Origin: Clostridiales bacterium
GTDB taxonomy: Bacteria; Bacillota; Clostridia; Oscillospirales; Oscillospiraceae
NCBI GenBank assembly: GCA_021201635.1
Contig: JAJQEM010000035.1
Span: 1-51,434, forward strand
Direction of reading: 5' to 3'
DNA length: 51,434 bases
The notes beneath the pieces are model-generated. The model did not search any database, was not told the origin of the DNA, and saw only the letters and a list, made by a program, of their open reading frames with translations. Positions 27,060 to 36,671 of the stretch are shown here, one piece after another. The translations under genes were made by a program, and so were the position numbers. Every line of letters begins with the position of its first letter. The first letter of the stretch is position 1.

Positions 27060-28292
27060 TCACAGCCGCTCCATGACCTCCAGCAGTTGTCCCATGTCCG
27101 GGTCGATGGAGATCGGCTCCCCGGCGGCTTTGATGGCGTTGGGGGTATCCTTTAATCCGTTCCCGGTGACGATGCTCACCACCGAGGCCTCCGGAGAGAT
27201 CAGCCCCAGCTCCAGTGCCTTTTTCACCCCGGCGGTGCCTGTCACCCCCGCAGGCTCTCCGAACACACCGCAGGTGCGGCCCGGCAGTCGGGCGGCGGCC
27301 AAGATCTCCTCGTCCGAGACGTTGACCACCACGCCGTCCGACTCCCGGATGGCGTTGAGGGCCTTGTCCGCATTCCGGGGGACGCCCACGGCGATGGAGT
27401 CCGCCAGGGTGTTCTCCTCCATGGGCTCCCAGGGCTTGTTCTCCGCAATCGCCCGGTTCAGAGGGCAGCAACCCTCTGCTTGGACGCTGATGAGCCGGGG
27501 CAGGTGGTCGATCATGCCGGTGGCGTACAGGTCCTTGAAGCCCTTCCACACCCCGGCGATGGTGCAGCCGTCTCCCACGGAGAGGGCCACGTAATCGGTC
27601 ATCTGCCAATGGAGCTGCTCGGCGATTTCCAGGGCCACCGTCTTTTTCCCCTCCATCAGGTAGGGGTTGATGGCGGCGTTCCGGTTGTACCAGCCGTAGC
27701 GCTCAATGGCCTGCTGGGAGAGGCGGAAGGTGTCCTCATAGCTGTCCCGTACGCTGATGACGTGGGCGCCGAAGATCATCAGCTGGGAGACCTTCCCCTT
27801 GGGCGCCCGGGAGGGGACGAAGATATAGGTGGGGAATCCGGCGGCGGCGGCGTTGCCCGCCAGAGAGGATGCGGCGTTGCCGGTGGAGGAGCAGGCGATG
27901 ATCTCCGCCCCCGCCTCCTCCGCCTTGACCACCGCCATGGCGGAGGCCCGGTCCTTTAAGCTGGCGGTGGGGTTCACTCCATCGTCCTTGACATACAGGG
28001 TGTCAAGGCCCAGCACCTTCGCCAACCGCTCCGCCCGGTAGAGGGGCGACCAGCCCACCCGGAGGCGGGGACGGTTTCCCAGGCCCCGGACAGGAAGGTA
28101 CCCCATATACCGCCACATGGACTGCTCGGTGCGGTTTGCCATGGTCTCATGGCTCACCTCTTTTGCAATGGCGACGTAGTCATATTGGATGTCCAGCATC
28201 CCCCCGCAGGCGGGGCAGGTGGTGGTGTTTGGCTCTGCCGGCCACTCTTTTCCGCAGCGGACGCATTTCGCCCCCAGAGCGTGCTTCATCAT
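27060..28292 (-). CDS. thrC: Threonine synthase-like PLP enzyme
   Basis: CxxC..CxxC ribbon, NPTASLKDR, SSTGNAA, VGDG, EPA, TGNGLKD. Confidence 0.8.
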   Translation of the reverse strand: MMKHALGAKCVRCGKEWPAEPNTTTCPACGGMLDIQYDYVAIAKEVSHETMANRTEQSMWRYMGYLPVRGLGNRPRLRVGWSPLYRAERLAKVLGLDTLYVKDDGVNPTASLKDRASAMAVVKAEEAGAEIIACSSTGNAASSLAGNAAAAGFPTYIFVPSRAPKGKVSQLMIFGAHVISVRDSYEDTFRLSQQAIERYGWYNRNAAINPYLMEGKKTVALEIAEQLHWQMTDYVALSVGDGCTIAGVWKGFKDLYATGMIDHLPRLISVQAEGCCPLNRAIAENKPWEPMEENTLADSIAVGVPRNADKALNAIRESDGVVVNVSDEEILAAARLPGRTCGVFGEPAGVTGTAGVKKALELGLISPEASVVSIVTGNGLKDTPNAIKAAGEPISIDPDMGQLLEVMERL

Positions 28293-28304
28293 GGCGGTAT
28301 CCCC

Positions 28305-29780
28305 TTACAGCTGTTTCAGCAGCCCGGTGCGGTCATTGAACTCGTCGATGAGGGCGTCCAGGTCCTTTGCCTGGGCGTGGACAGCGTCCCAGGTGCCCTC
28401 GGTGTCGTACCAGAGGGCGTTGAGCTCCTCCACCGTCTTGCCCTGCTGCTCCACCCAGGTGTAGTATTTCAGGTTGTGGATGCGCTTCCGGTCGGCGTAG
28501 GTCAGCTCCTGGAGGTTGTCGGTTTTCAGGTTCAGGATGTGGAGGCTGTGGTCCAGCAAGGCCTGAGTTGCGCTGTAGGGGCCGTGGAGCTGGTTCAGCT
28601 CCTCGATACGGCTGCCGTACATAACGGTGGAGTCGGTGAGGACCGTGCCCACCACATCGTGCTCGGTGAACTCGTAGTATTTGGCCATCTTAATGCAGCA
28701 GAGGAGGTTGGCGATGCCGGAGATGCCCAGCCAGGCGAGCCGCTCCACCAACTCGTCGTCCAGGCCCAGCTCCTCTTTCAAATAGGTCTGGCCCTCAGGG
28801 GTGTTGAACAGCCGCAGCAACCGCTGAGAGTCCTCGTCGTCGATGGCGATAGCCATGTCGGTGTTCTTCACGTTGTGGATCCAGGGGATGTGCTTGTCGC
28901 CGATGCCCTCGATCCGGTGACCGCCGAAGTCGTTGCTGAGAATGGTGGGGCACTGGAGGGCCTCGCCTACGCCCAGCTTCAAATTGGGATACAACTCCTT
29001 GAGCCGGTCTCCAGTGGACATGGTCCCGGCGGAGCCGGAGGTGAAGCAGGCCCCGGCGAACCGGTCCCCGGGGTGCTTGATCTCCTCGTACACGTCGGCC
29101 AGGGCGTTGCCGGTGACGTTGTAGTGCCAGAGGACGTTGCCCATCTGCTCGAACTGGTTGAAGATCATATACTGGGGGTCCTGCTTGAGCTCGTTGGTCT
29201 TGTCGAAGATTTCCTTCACGTTGCTCTCGCAGCCCAGGGTGGCGATGACCTCCGCCCCGATGGAGTGGAGCCAGTCAAACCGCTCCTGACTCATCTCGGC
29301 GGGCAGGATGGCCACGCCCTGGGCCCCCAGCAGACGGGAGTTGAAGGCGCCGCCACGGCAGTAGTTGCCGGTGGAGGGCCAGACCGCCTTGTGCTTTTCC
29401 ACATCAAACTGTCCCGTGACCAGTCGGGGTGCCAGGCAGCCGAAGGATGCCCCCACCTTGTGGCAGCCCGTGGGGAACCACTTGCCCACCATGGCCACGA
29501 TCCGGCAGGGGACGCCGGTGAGGGCAGAGGGGAACTCGATGTAGTTGGGCGCCTGCCGGAACAGGCCGCCGGACTCCTTGGGCTCATTCTTCCAGGTGAT
29601 GCGGAACAGGTTCAGGGGATTGATGTCCCACAGGCCCACGCTCTCCAGCTTCTCCTGGATGGGGGCGGGGATCGTCTCCGGGTGCTGCATCTGAGCGATG
29701 GTGGGGATGATGATGCCGTTTTCCCGGGCGGTCTCCACATTGTGCTGCAAACCGGTCTCATTCTTGGTCAAGTCGATCAT
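28305..29780 (-). CDS. Fold type II PLP-dependent enzyme, substrate unknown
   Basis: FPTGCHKVGA (PLP lysine), WPSTGNY, GSAGT, HRIEGIG. Confidence 0.8.
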   Translation of the reverse strand: MIDLTKNETGLQHNVETARENGIIIPTIAQMQHPETIPAPIQEKLESVGLWDINPLNLFRITWKNEPKESGGLFRQAPNYIEFPSALTGVPCRIVAMVGKWFPTGCHKVGASFGCLAPRLVTGQFDVEKHKAVWPSTGNYCRGGAFNSRLLGAQGVAILPAEMSQERFDWLHSIGAEVIATLGCESNVKEIFDKTNELKQDPQYMIFNQFEQMGNVLWHYNVTGNALADVYEEIKHPGDRFAGACFTSGSAGTMSTGDRLKELYPNLKLGVGEALQCPTILSNDFGGHRIEGIGDKHIPWIHNVKNTDMAIAIDDEDSQRLLRLFNTPEGQTYLKEELGLDDELVERLAWLGISGIANLLCCIKMAKYYEFTEHDVVGTVLTDSTVMYGSRIEELNQLHGPYSATQALLDHSLHILNLKTDNLQELTYADRKRIHNLKYYTWVEQQGKTVEELNALWYDTEGTWDAVHAQAKDLDALIDEFNDRTGLLKQL

Positions 29781-30066
29781 GGTGATACAACCTCTCTTTA
29801 CTACCCGTTGACCGGGCGCACGCCGCCCAGTCTGCCGTTTCTGTCATGCTTACTATACCACCGGGCCCTGTGAATTTCAACTCATGGTCTAAATTTTTAT
29901 CAGGCAGTCTGATTTTTTGTCAGTTTTTAACTTTTTGTATCTATTCTTTCTTTTTTTCTATTTCTTTCATCTAAATTCAAAACTTTTTATCGCCTATTCT
30001 AATTTACATAATCCTTTTCTGTGTTGCAAAAGTCACCGATCCGGCCAAAACTTTTTTTGTTTGCCC

Positions 30067-30094
30067 TTGCATTTTTTTGCATATCTGCTATGAT
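30067..30094 (+). promoter_or_regulatory. Probable promoter of ygeY-ygeW in an AT-rich divergent region
   Basis: TTGCAT-16-TATGAT with extended -10 TG. Confidence 0.5.
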
Positions 30095-30204
30095 GGGTGC
30101 AGGAGAAAGGAACGCAGACCGAAGAAGATTTTCCTCTTTCTTTTGGTCTGCCGGGTGCGCCCTGTGGGGCACAGAGATATGATGATGCAGGAGGTCGTTC
30201 CGCA

Positions 30205-31512
30205 ATGGATTTTGAACAGATCAAGCAGGCCGCTCAGGACTACGGCCCGGCCATGAACCGGTTCCTCCGGGATTTGATTGCCATTCCCAGCGAGAGCTGT
30301 GAGGAGGAGGGCGTCATCCGCCGCTGCGCTCAGGAGATGGAAGCCCTGGGCTTTGACAAGGTGGAGATCGACCCCATGGGCAACTGCCTGGGCTGGATGG
30401 GCACGGGCAGCCGTATCATGGCCTTTGACGGCCACATCGACACGGTGGGCATTGGCAACATCGTCAACTGGACCGACGACCCCTATCAGGGCTATGAGAC
30501 GGACCGCATCATCTACGGCCGGGGCGGCTCCGACCAGGAGGGCGGCGTGGTGGCCGCCGTGTACGGGGCGAAGATCATGAAGGATCTGGGGCTCATCCCC
30601 CAGGACACCTCCATCCTGGTCACCGCCACCGTCCAGGAGGAGGATTGCGACGGCCTTTGCTGGCAGTACATCCACAACGAGCTGGGTATCACCCCTGAGT
30701 TTGTGGTCTCCACCGAACCCACCGACGGCGGCATCTATCGGGGGCACCGGGGCCGGATGGAAATTCGGGTGGACGTCCACGGCGTCTCTTGCCACGGCTC
30801 CGCCCCGGAGCGGGGGGACAACGCCATCTATAAGATGTCGGACATTCTCCAGGACGTGCGCTCCCTCAACGAGAACGGCTGCGGCCCGGAGGACGAGGTG
30901 AAGGGCCTGGTCAAAATGCTGGAGCCGGAGCTCAATCCCGCCTGGGAGGACGCCCGGTTCCTGGGCCGGGGCACCATCACCGTCAGCCAGATCTTCTACA
31001 CCTCTCCCTCCCGGTGCGCCGTGGCGGACTCCTGCGCCGTCTCTCTGGATCGCCGGATGACCACCGGGGAGACCTGGGAGAGCTGTCTGGAGGAGATCCG
31101 TCAGCTGCCCAGCGTGCAGAAGTACGGCGGGGACGTGAAGGTGTCCATGTACACCTATGACCGCCCGGCGTGGACGGGGCTGGTCTACCCCACCGAGTGC
31201 TACTTCCCCACCTGGATCAACAAGGAGACCGCTCCCCATGTCCAGGCCCTGGCCGACGCCCACAAGGCCCTGTTCGGCGAGCAGCGCCAGGGAGATGCGG
31301 ACGCCATGGAGAAGCGGAACCGTCCTCTCATCGACAAGTGGACCTTCTCCACCAACGGCGTCTCCATCCAGGGGCGATACGGCATTCCCTGCGTGGGCTT
31401 CGGCCCCGGGGCGGAGAGCCAGGCCCACGCTCCCAACGAGATCACCTGGAAATCCGACCTGGTGCGGTGCGCTGCGGTCTACGCCGCAATGCCCAGCCTG
31501 TACAAGAAATAA
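30205..31512 (+). CDS. ygeY: YgeY-family M20 hydrolase
   Basis: [50 protein letters not shown]. Confidence 0.9.
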   Translation: MDFEQIKQAAQDYGPAMNRFLRDLIAIPSESCEEEGVIRRCAQEMEALGFDKVEIDPMGNCLGWMGTGSRIMAFDGHIDTVGIGNIVNWTDDPYQGYETDRIIYGRGGSDQEGGVVAAVYGAKIMKDLGLIPQDTSILVTATVQEEDCDGLCWQYIHNELGITPEFVVSTEPTDGGIYRGHRGRMEIRVDVHGVSCHGSAPERGDNAIYKMSDILQDVRSLNENGCGPEDEVKGLVKMLEPELNPAWEDARFLGRGTITVSQIFYTSPSRCAVADSCAVSLDRRMTTGETWESCLEEIRQLPSVQKYGGDVKVSMYTYDRPAWTGLVYPTECYFPTWINKETAPHVQALADAHKALFGEQRQGDADAMEKRNRPLIDKWTFSTNGVSIQGRYGIPCVGFGPGAESQAHAPNEITWKSDLVRCAAVYAAMPSLYKK

Positions 31513-31524
31513 GGAGGCCTTTCC

Positions 31525-32736
31525 ATGGCACTGGATACCCAAAAGTTTGACGCCCTGCTGACCCAGCTCAATGGGCTGGACTGCAAGGATATGTACGACA
31601 ACGACTTTTTCCTCACCTGGGAGAAAACCGACGACGAGCTGAAGGCCGTCTGGACGGTGGCGGACATTCTCCGCACCCTCCGGGAAGGCAACGTCTCCAC
31701 CAAGGTATTCGACTCCGGGCTGGGCATCTCTCTGTTCCGGGACAACTCCACCCGCACCCGGTTCTCCTTCGCCTCCGCCTGCAATCTGCTGGGCCTGGAG
31801 GTGCAGGATTTGGACGAGGGCAAGAGCCAGATCGCCCATGGTGAGACGGTGCGGGAGACCGCCAACATGATCTCCTTTATGGCAGACGTCATCGGCATCC
31901 GGGACGATATGTACATCGGCAAGGGCAACGCCTATATGCACGCCGTCTCCGACGCCATGCGGGAGGGGCATGACGCCGGAGTGCTGGAGCAGCGGCCCAC
32001 CCTGGTCAATCTCCAGTGCGACATCGACCACCCCACCCAGACCATGGCGGATATGGACCACATCATCCACTACTTCGGCGGCATCGAGAATTTGAAGGGC
32101 AAGAAGGTGGCCATGACCTGGGCCTATTCCCCCTCCTATGGCAAGCCTCTCTCCGTGCCCCAGGGGGTTATCGGCCTGTTCACCCGTCTGGGCATGGACG
32201 TGGTGCTGGCCCACCCGGAGGGCTACGAGGTCATGGGCGAGGTGGAGGAAGTGGCGAAGGCCAACGCCGCCCGTTCCGGCGGCTCCTTCACCAAGACCCA
32301 CTCCATGGCGGAAGCCTTCCAGGACGCCGACATCGTCTATCCCAAGAGCTGGGCGCCCTTCGCCGCAATGGAGCGTCGGACCGACCTCTACGGAGAGGGC
32401 GACTTCGACGGCATCCAGGCTCTGGAGCAGCAGCTGCTGGCCCAGAACGCCCAGCACAAGGACTGGACCTGTTCGGAGGAGCTGATGTCCACCACAAAGG
32501 ACGGAAAGGCCCTCTATCTCCACTGTCTCCCCGCCGACATCACCGGCGTCTCCTGCAAGGCGGGCGAGGTGGACGCCTCCGTGTTCGACCGGTACCGTGA
32601 CCCCCTGTACAAGCAGGCCAGCTACAAGCCCTATGTCATCGCCGCCATGATCTTCCTGTCCAAGTTCCAGGATCCCGCCGCTGTGCTCCAGCAGCTGGCA
32701 GAGCGGGGACAGCAGCGGCAGCTTGAGCCGAAATAA
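31525..32736 (+). CDS. ygeW: Knotted carbamoyltransferase YgeW
   Basis: DNSTRTR, DHPTQ, YSPSYGKPLSVPQG, HCLPAD. Confidence 0.95.
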   Translation: MALDTQKFDALLTQLNGLDCKDMYDNDFFLTWEKTDDELKAVWTVADILRTLREGNVSTKVFDSGLGISLFRDNSTRTRFSFASACNLLGLEVQDLDEGKSQIAHGETVRETANMISFMADVIGIRDDMYIGKGNAYMHAVSDAMREGHDAGVLEQRPTLVNLQCDIDHPTQTMADMDHIIHYFGGIENLKGKKVAMTWAYSPSYGKPLSVPQGVIGLFTRLGMDVVLAHPEGYEVMGEVEEVAKANAARSGGSFTKTHSMAEAFQDADIVYPKSWAPFAAMERRTDLYGEGDFDGIQALEQQLLAQNAQHKDWTCSEELMSTTKDGKALYLHCLPADITGVSCKAGEVDASVFDRYRDPLYKQASYKPYVIAAMIFLSKFQDPAAVLQQLAERGQQRQLEPK

Positions 32737-32760
32737 CCGTTTTCGTTTTTGTACCATCGG

Positions 32761-32799
32761 GCAGGGAGACCTTTGCCGTCTCCCTGCTCTGCGTTTTTT
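32761..32799 (+). terminator. Terminator-like hairpin between ygeW and arcC
   Basis: GCAGGGAGAC / GTCTCCCTGC then TTTTTT. Confidence 0.55.
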
Positions 32800-32820
32800 G
32801 AGAAAAGAGAGGAACTCCAC

Positions 32821-33777
32821 ATGAACCGCAAACCCCGCATCGTCATCGCCCTGGGCGGCAACGCCCTGGGCAACACCCTGCCGGAGCAGATGGCCGCCGT
32901 GAAGCACACCTCCCGGGCCATCGTGGACCTGATGGACGAGGGCTATCAGGTGGTCATCTCCCACGGGAACGGCCCCCAGGTGGGCATGATTAACAATGCC
33001 ATGGCTGCCCTCTCCCGGGAAAATCCCAGCCAACCCAACACGCCCCTCTCTGTCTGCGTGGCCATGAGCCAGGCCTACATCGGCTACGACCTGCAAAACG
33101 CCCTCCGGGAGGAGCTGTGCCGCCGCCGGGGGAAGGGACAGCCCCATGAGGACGTGGTCACCATGGTCACACAGATCGAGGTTGACCCGAATGACCCGGC
33201 CTTTCAGCACCCGGTCAAGCCCATCGGCCATTTTATGACGGAGGAGCAGGCCATGTTCGCCCAGCGGGAGTACGGCTACCTCATGGAGGAGTTCCCCGGC
33301 AAGGGCTGGCGGCGGGTGGTGGCCTCTCCCCTGCCCGGAAAAATCGTGGAGATCAACGCCATCCGTACCCTGGTGGACGCCGGGCAGGTGGTCATCGCCT
33401 GCGGCGGCGGGGGCATCCCCGTCACCCGGCAGGAGCTGGGGCATTTAAAAGGCGCCTCCGCCGTCATTGACAAGGACTTCTGCTCCTGTCTGCTGGCGGA
33501 GGAGCTGGACGCACAAATGCTCATCATCCTCACCGCCGTGGAGAAGGTGGCCCTCCACTACGGCACGCCGGAGGAGGTGTGGCTGGATACGCTGACCCCG
33601 GAGCAGGCGGAGGAATACATCGCCCAGGGCCAGTTCGCCCCCGGCTCCATGCTCCCCAAGGTGCAGGCCGCCACGGCCTTCGCCAAAAGCGCCCCCGGAC
33701 GTACCGCCCTCATCACCAGCCTGGAGTGCGCCCGGGAGGGTATCCTGGGGCGGACGGGCACCCGAGTCTGCATTTGA
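32821..33777 (+). CDS. arcC: Carbamate kinase
   Basis: ALGGNAL, HGNGPQVG, KPIG, RRVVASP, GGGGIPV, VIDKD, GSMLPK. Confidence 0.95.
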   Translation: MNRKPRIVIALGGNALGNTLPEQMAAVKHTSRAIVDLMDEGYQVVISHGNGPQVGMINNAMAALSRENPSQPNTPLSVCVAMSQAYIGYDLQNALREELCRRRGKGQPHEDVVTMVTQIEVDPNDPAFQHPVKPIGHFMTEEQAMFAQREYGYLMEEFPGKGWRRVVASPLPGKIVEINAIRTLVDAGQVVIACGGGGIPVTRQELGHLKGASAVIDKDFCSCLLAEELDAQMLIILTAVEKVALHYGTPEEVWLDTLTPEQAEEYIAQGQFAPGSMLPKVQAATAFAKSAPGRTALITSLECAREGILGRTGTRVCI

Positions 33778-33865
33778 CCACGCCGTTTCGTCCTTTTGAC
33801 GGCTTTCCGGAAAATTTGCGGTCAGAGTTTTGTCTGGCCGCAATTTCTTTTCTCCTCTCCCCGGA

Positions 33866-33894
33866 TTGACTTTCCTTTTGGGGGCTGTTATAAT
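33866..33894 (+). promoter_or_regulatory. Sigma-A promoter of the permease
   Basis: TTGACT-17-TATAAT with extended -10 TG. Confidence 0.8.
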
Positions 33895-33900
33895 GACAAT

Positions 33901-33988
33901 GGTAAGCAAAAATACACAGACGATGCAATGAGGCATGACAAGGAAACATTCCCGATCATGCCTCTTTTTCGTGTCTGCACGCCTTACC
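33901..33988 (+). promoter_or_regulatory. Structured 5' leader with terminator-like hairpin
   Basis: GGTAAG/CTTACC outer pairing; GAGGCATGA/TCATGCCTC followed by TTTTT. Confidence 0.5.
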
Positions 33989-34040
33989 GAAACGCTTCCA
34001 TTTTGTACCCCGCAACCTATTTGAGAAAGAAGGAGCGATC

Positions 34041-35489
34041 ATGGCAAAAGAGAAGAAAACCACCGTCTATTCCACCCCTTATGACCTGGACGGACGCCTG
34101 CCTCTGCGACAGGCCATCCCCCTGGGCCTGCAGCACGTGCTGGCAATGTTCGTAGGCAACCTGACCCCGCTGCTGTCCGTCATGGCCATCTGCGGCATCA
34201 CCCTCCAGGACTACGCCGCCCTCCGCATCTCCCTGCTCCAGAACGCCATGCTGGTGGCCGGTCTGGTCACCCTGGTGCAGCTTTTCCCCATCGGGCCTGT
34301 GGGCTCCCGGCTCCCCATCGTCATGGGTACCAGCTCCGGCTTTATCGGTATGAATAACAGCATCGCTGCCAGCATGATGGCCGGCGTAGCCGCCGGTACC
34401 ATCTCTACCAGCGTGGAGGCGGGTATCTACGCCTACGGCGCAATCATGGGGGCCTGTCTCATTGGCGGCTTCTGGGAGGGCGCTCTGGGTCTGTGCATCA
34501 AGCCCCTGCGTAAGTTCCTGCCCCCGGTGGTCACCGGAACGGTGGTCATGGCTATCGGCCTGAGCCTGCTGAGCGTGGGCATCAACTTCTTCGGCGGCGG
34601 CAACTCCAATCCTGACTTCGGCTCCACCACCAACCTGCTGCTGGGCCTGTTCGTCCTGGTGGTCATCATCTGCGTGAAGCACTTCGGCAAGGGCCTTGTC
34701 TCCCAGATGGCGATTCTCATCGGCATCATTGCCGGATACATCGTGGCTACCGTCATGGGCTTTATCCTCCCCACCACCTACACCGTAGACGGCGTGGAGT
34801 ACACCTACTCCTGGGTGGTCCAGTGGAGTCAGGTGGGAGACGCGGCCTGGTTCTCTCTCCCCAGCCTGATCCCTGTGGCCTATCAGTTTAACATCTCCGC
34901 CATCCTGCCCATGCTGATCATGTTCGTCGTCACCGCCGTGGAGACGGTGGGCGACACCGCCGGCGTCACCGAGGGCGGCCTGGGCCGGGAGCCCTCCGAC
35001 AAGGAGCTGGCCGGCTCCGTCCTCTGCGACGGCATCGGCTCCGCCTTCGCCTCTCTGTTCGGCGTCCTGCCCAACACCTCCTTCTCCCAGAATGTGGGGC
35101 TTGTGGGCATCACCAAGGTGGTCAACCGTTTTGCCGTGGCCTGCGGCGCCATCTTCCTGGTCATCTGCGGCCTGTTCCCCAAGGTGGGCGCCATCGTCTC
35201 CATCATGCCCCAGAGCGTGCTGGGCGGCGCAGCCGTCATGATGTTCGCCTCCATCGTCATCTCCGGCATCAATCTGATCACCAAGGAGCCTCTCACCGGC
35301 CGGAACACCACCATTGTAGCCATCGCCCTGGGCCTGGGCTACGGCCTTGGCTCCCACAGCACCGCCCTCCAGTTTATGCCTGACTTCATCTCCAACCTGT
35401 TCGGCGAGAGCGGCATCGTCCCCGCCTTCCTGGTGGCCGTCATCCTGAACCTGGCGCTGCCCAAAGACGTGGATCAGATCGAGCCGTAA
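34041..35489 (+). CDS. NCS2 xanthine/uracil permease
   Basis: GLQHVLAMF, LPIVMGTS, ETVGD, NAT signature SFSQNVG. Confidence 0.92.
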   Translation: MAKEKKTTVYSTPYDLDGRLPLRQAIPLGLQHVLAMFVGNLTPLLSVMAICGITLQDYAALRISLLQNAMLVAGLVTLVQLFPIGPVGSRLPIVMGTSSGFIGMNNSIAASMMAGVAAGTISTSVEAGIYAYGAIMGACLIGGFWEGALGLCIKPLRKFLPPVVTGTVVMAIGLSLLSVGINFFGGGNSNPDFGSTTNLLLGLFVLVVIICVKHFGKGLVSQMAILIGIIAGYIVATVMGFILPTTYTVDGVEYTYSWVVQWSQVGDAAWFSLPSLIPVAYQFNISAILPMLIMFVVTAVETVGDTAGVTEGGLGREPSDKELAGSVLCDGIGSAFASLFGVLPNTSFSQNVGLVGITKVVNRFAVACGAIFLVICGLFPKVGAIVSIMPQSVLGGAAVMMFASIVISGINLITKEPLTGRNTTIVAIALGLGYGLGSHSTALQFMPDFISNLFGESGIVPAFLVAVILNLALPKDVDQIEP

Positions 35490-35511
35490 TCCTTACCTTT
35501 CCATACAGACA

Positions 35512-35562
35512 GAAAGCGGCCCCTGTAGAGCGTACAAGCTCCACAGGGGCCGCTTTTCGTTT
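35512..35562. terminator. Bidirectional terminator
   Basis: GAAAGCGGCCCCTGT / ACAGGGGCCGCTTTT. Confidence 0.75.
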
Positions 35563-35565
35563 TGC

Positions 35566-35997
35566 TCACTCGCCCTTCCGGGCGTTCAGGGCCTCCCGGA
35601 AGATGGCGTCGTAATCCGGGGCCGCTTTTCGCAGGATGATGGGCTTATAGTCCCGGTCCACAAAGCAGTGGCTGCTGGTGCCGGTGCAGCGCAGCTCGCC
35701 GGTAGCGTCGTTGTACACCCGGTAGCTGACGGTGAAGCGGACGCTGTTGTAAAAGTCCAGTCGGGACTCGATGCGCACCCGCTCCTTGAACCGGGTCATG
35801 GTCTTGTACTCCGCCGTCACCCCGATCACCGGGATGATGATGCCCCGGGCCTCCATGGCGTCGTAGGGGATGCCCATCTGCTCCAGCCAGTCGATCCGGG
35901 CCTCCTCGAACCAGCGGATATAGTTGGAGTGGTGCACCACCGCCATCTGATCCGTCTCATAATATTTTGCATCGTGAAAATAGGGTTTCGTCTCCAT
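35566..35997 (-). CDS. Acyl-CoA thioesterase (YbgC/4HBT family)
   Basis: YETDQMAVVHHSNYIRWFEEAR. Confidence 0.9.
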   Translation of the reverse strand: METKPYFHDAKYYETDQMAVVHHSNYIRWFEEARIDWLEQMGIPYDAMEARGIIIPVIGVTAEYKTMTRFKERVRIESRLDFYNSVRFTVSYRVYNDATGELRCTGTSSHCFVDRDYKPIILRKAAPDYDAIFREALNARKGE

Positions 35998-36024
35998 TGA
36001 GATTCCTCGTTTCTTCTGTCCGAT

Positions 36025-36669
36025 TTATCGTTTTCCCGCTCTGCTCACCGGAACGGCCCTGAACGACTCGCCGGTGATCTGCGCCTGGACGCTGCCCGCC
36101 GTCAGGTCACGCAGCTGGGCCGGGAATGGCTCCGCCTGCCCCTCCGGGAGCAGGGCCTTTACCGTCACCTCTGCGCCGCATTCCGTGTCCAGCAACACCC
36201 CCTGGCAGCTCTCCACCTCCAGCTGCACCCGGCTGAGCCACCGGTAGCCGCAGGGGATGGAAAATTCCACCCACCGGCCCACGGCGGAGACCCCGGCGGC
36301 GTCCAGGGCGTCCTTGGCGGAGCGGGTATAGGCCCGGAGCAGTCCTCCGGCTCCCAGCAGCACCCCGCCAAAGTACCGAGTCACCACGCACACTGCGTCG
36401 GTGACCCCTTCCTTTTGTAGCACCCCCAGCATGGGCTGTCCCGCCGTGCCCTGGGGCTCTCCATCGTCGGAGTAGCGGACGATGCCGCCCTCCCGAATGA
36501 CATAACACCAGCAATTATGTCGAGCGTCGTGGTATTGCTTTTTCATCTGCTGAATAAAGGCCCGGGCCTGCTCCTCGTCGGTGACATGGACCAGGTGACC
36601 CAGGAAACGGGACCGCTTTTCAGTGAACTCCGTCTCTCCCCGTCCGGTGGGGATGTAATATTCCTCCAC
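36025..36669 (-). CDS. yigZ: YigZ/IMPACT family protein
   Basis: EKRSRF, ARHNCW, SDDGEPQGTAG, TRYFGGVLLGAGGL. Confidence 0.9.
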   Translation of the reverse strand: MEEYYIPTGRGETEFTEKRSRFLGHLVHVTDEEQARAFIQQMKKQYHDARHNCWCYVIREGGIVRYSDDGEPQGTAGQPMLGVLQKEGVTDAVCVVTRYFGGVLLGAGGLLRAYTRSAKDALDAAGVSAVGRWVEFSIPCGYRWLSRVQLEVESCQGVLLDTECGAEVTVKALLPEGQAEPFPAQLRDLTAGSVQAQITGESFRAVPVSRAGKR

Positions 36670-36671
36670 GG

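Noticed and set aside
30088-33444. 1118 aa minus-strand ORF and similar long antisense ORFs (6425-8725, 28149-29873, 39143-41122)
   Set aside because: Shadow frames of well-supported genes, expected with high-GC codon bias; no recognisable motifs
33889-33990. Canonical purine riboswitch before the permease
   Set aside because: The TATAAT is the -10 box, and the conserved GATATGG / GTTTCTACC core is absent
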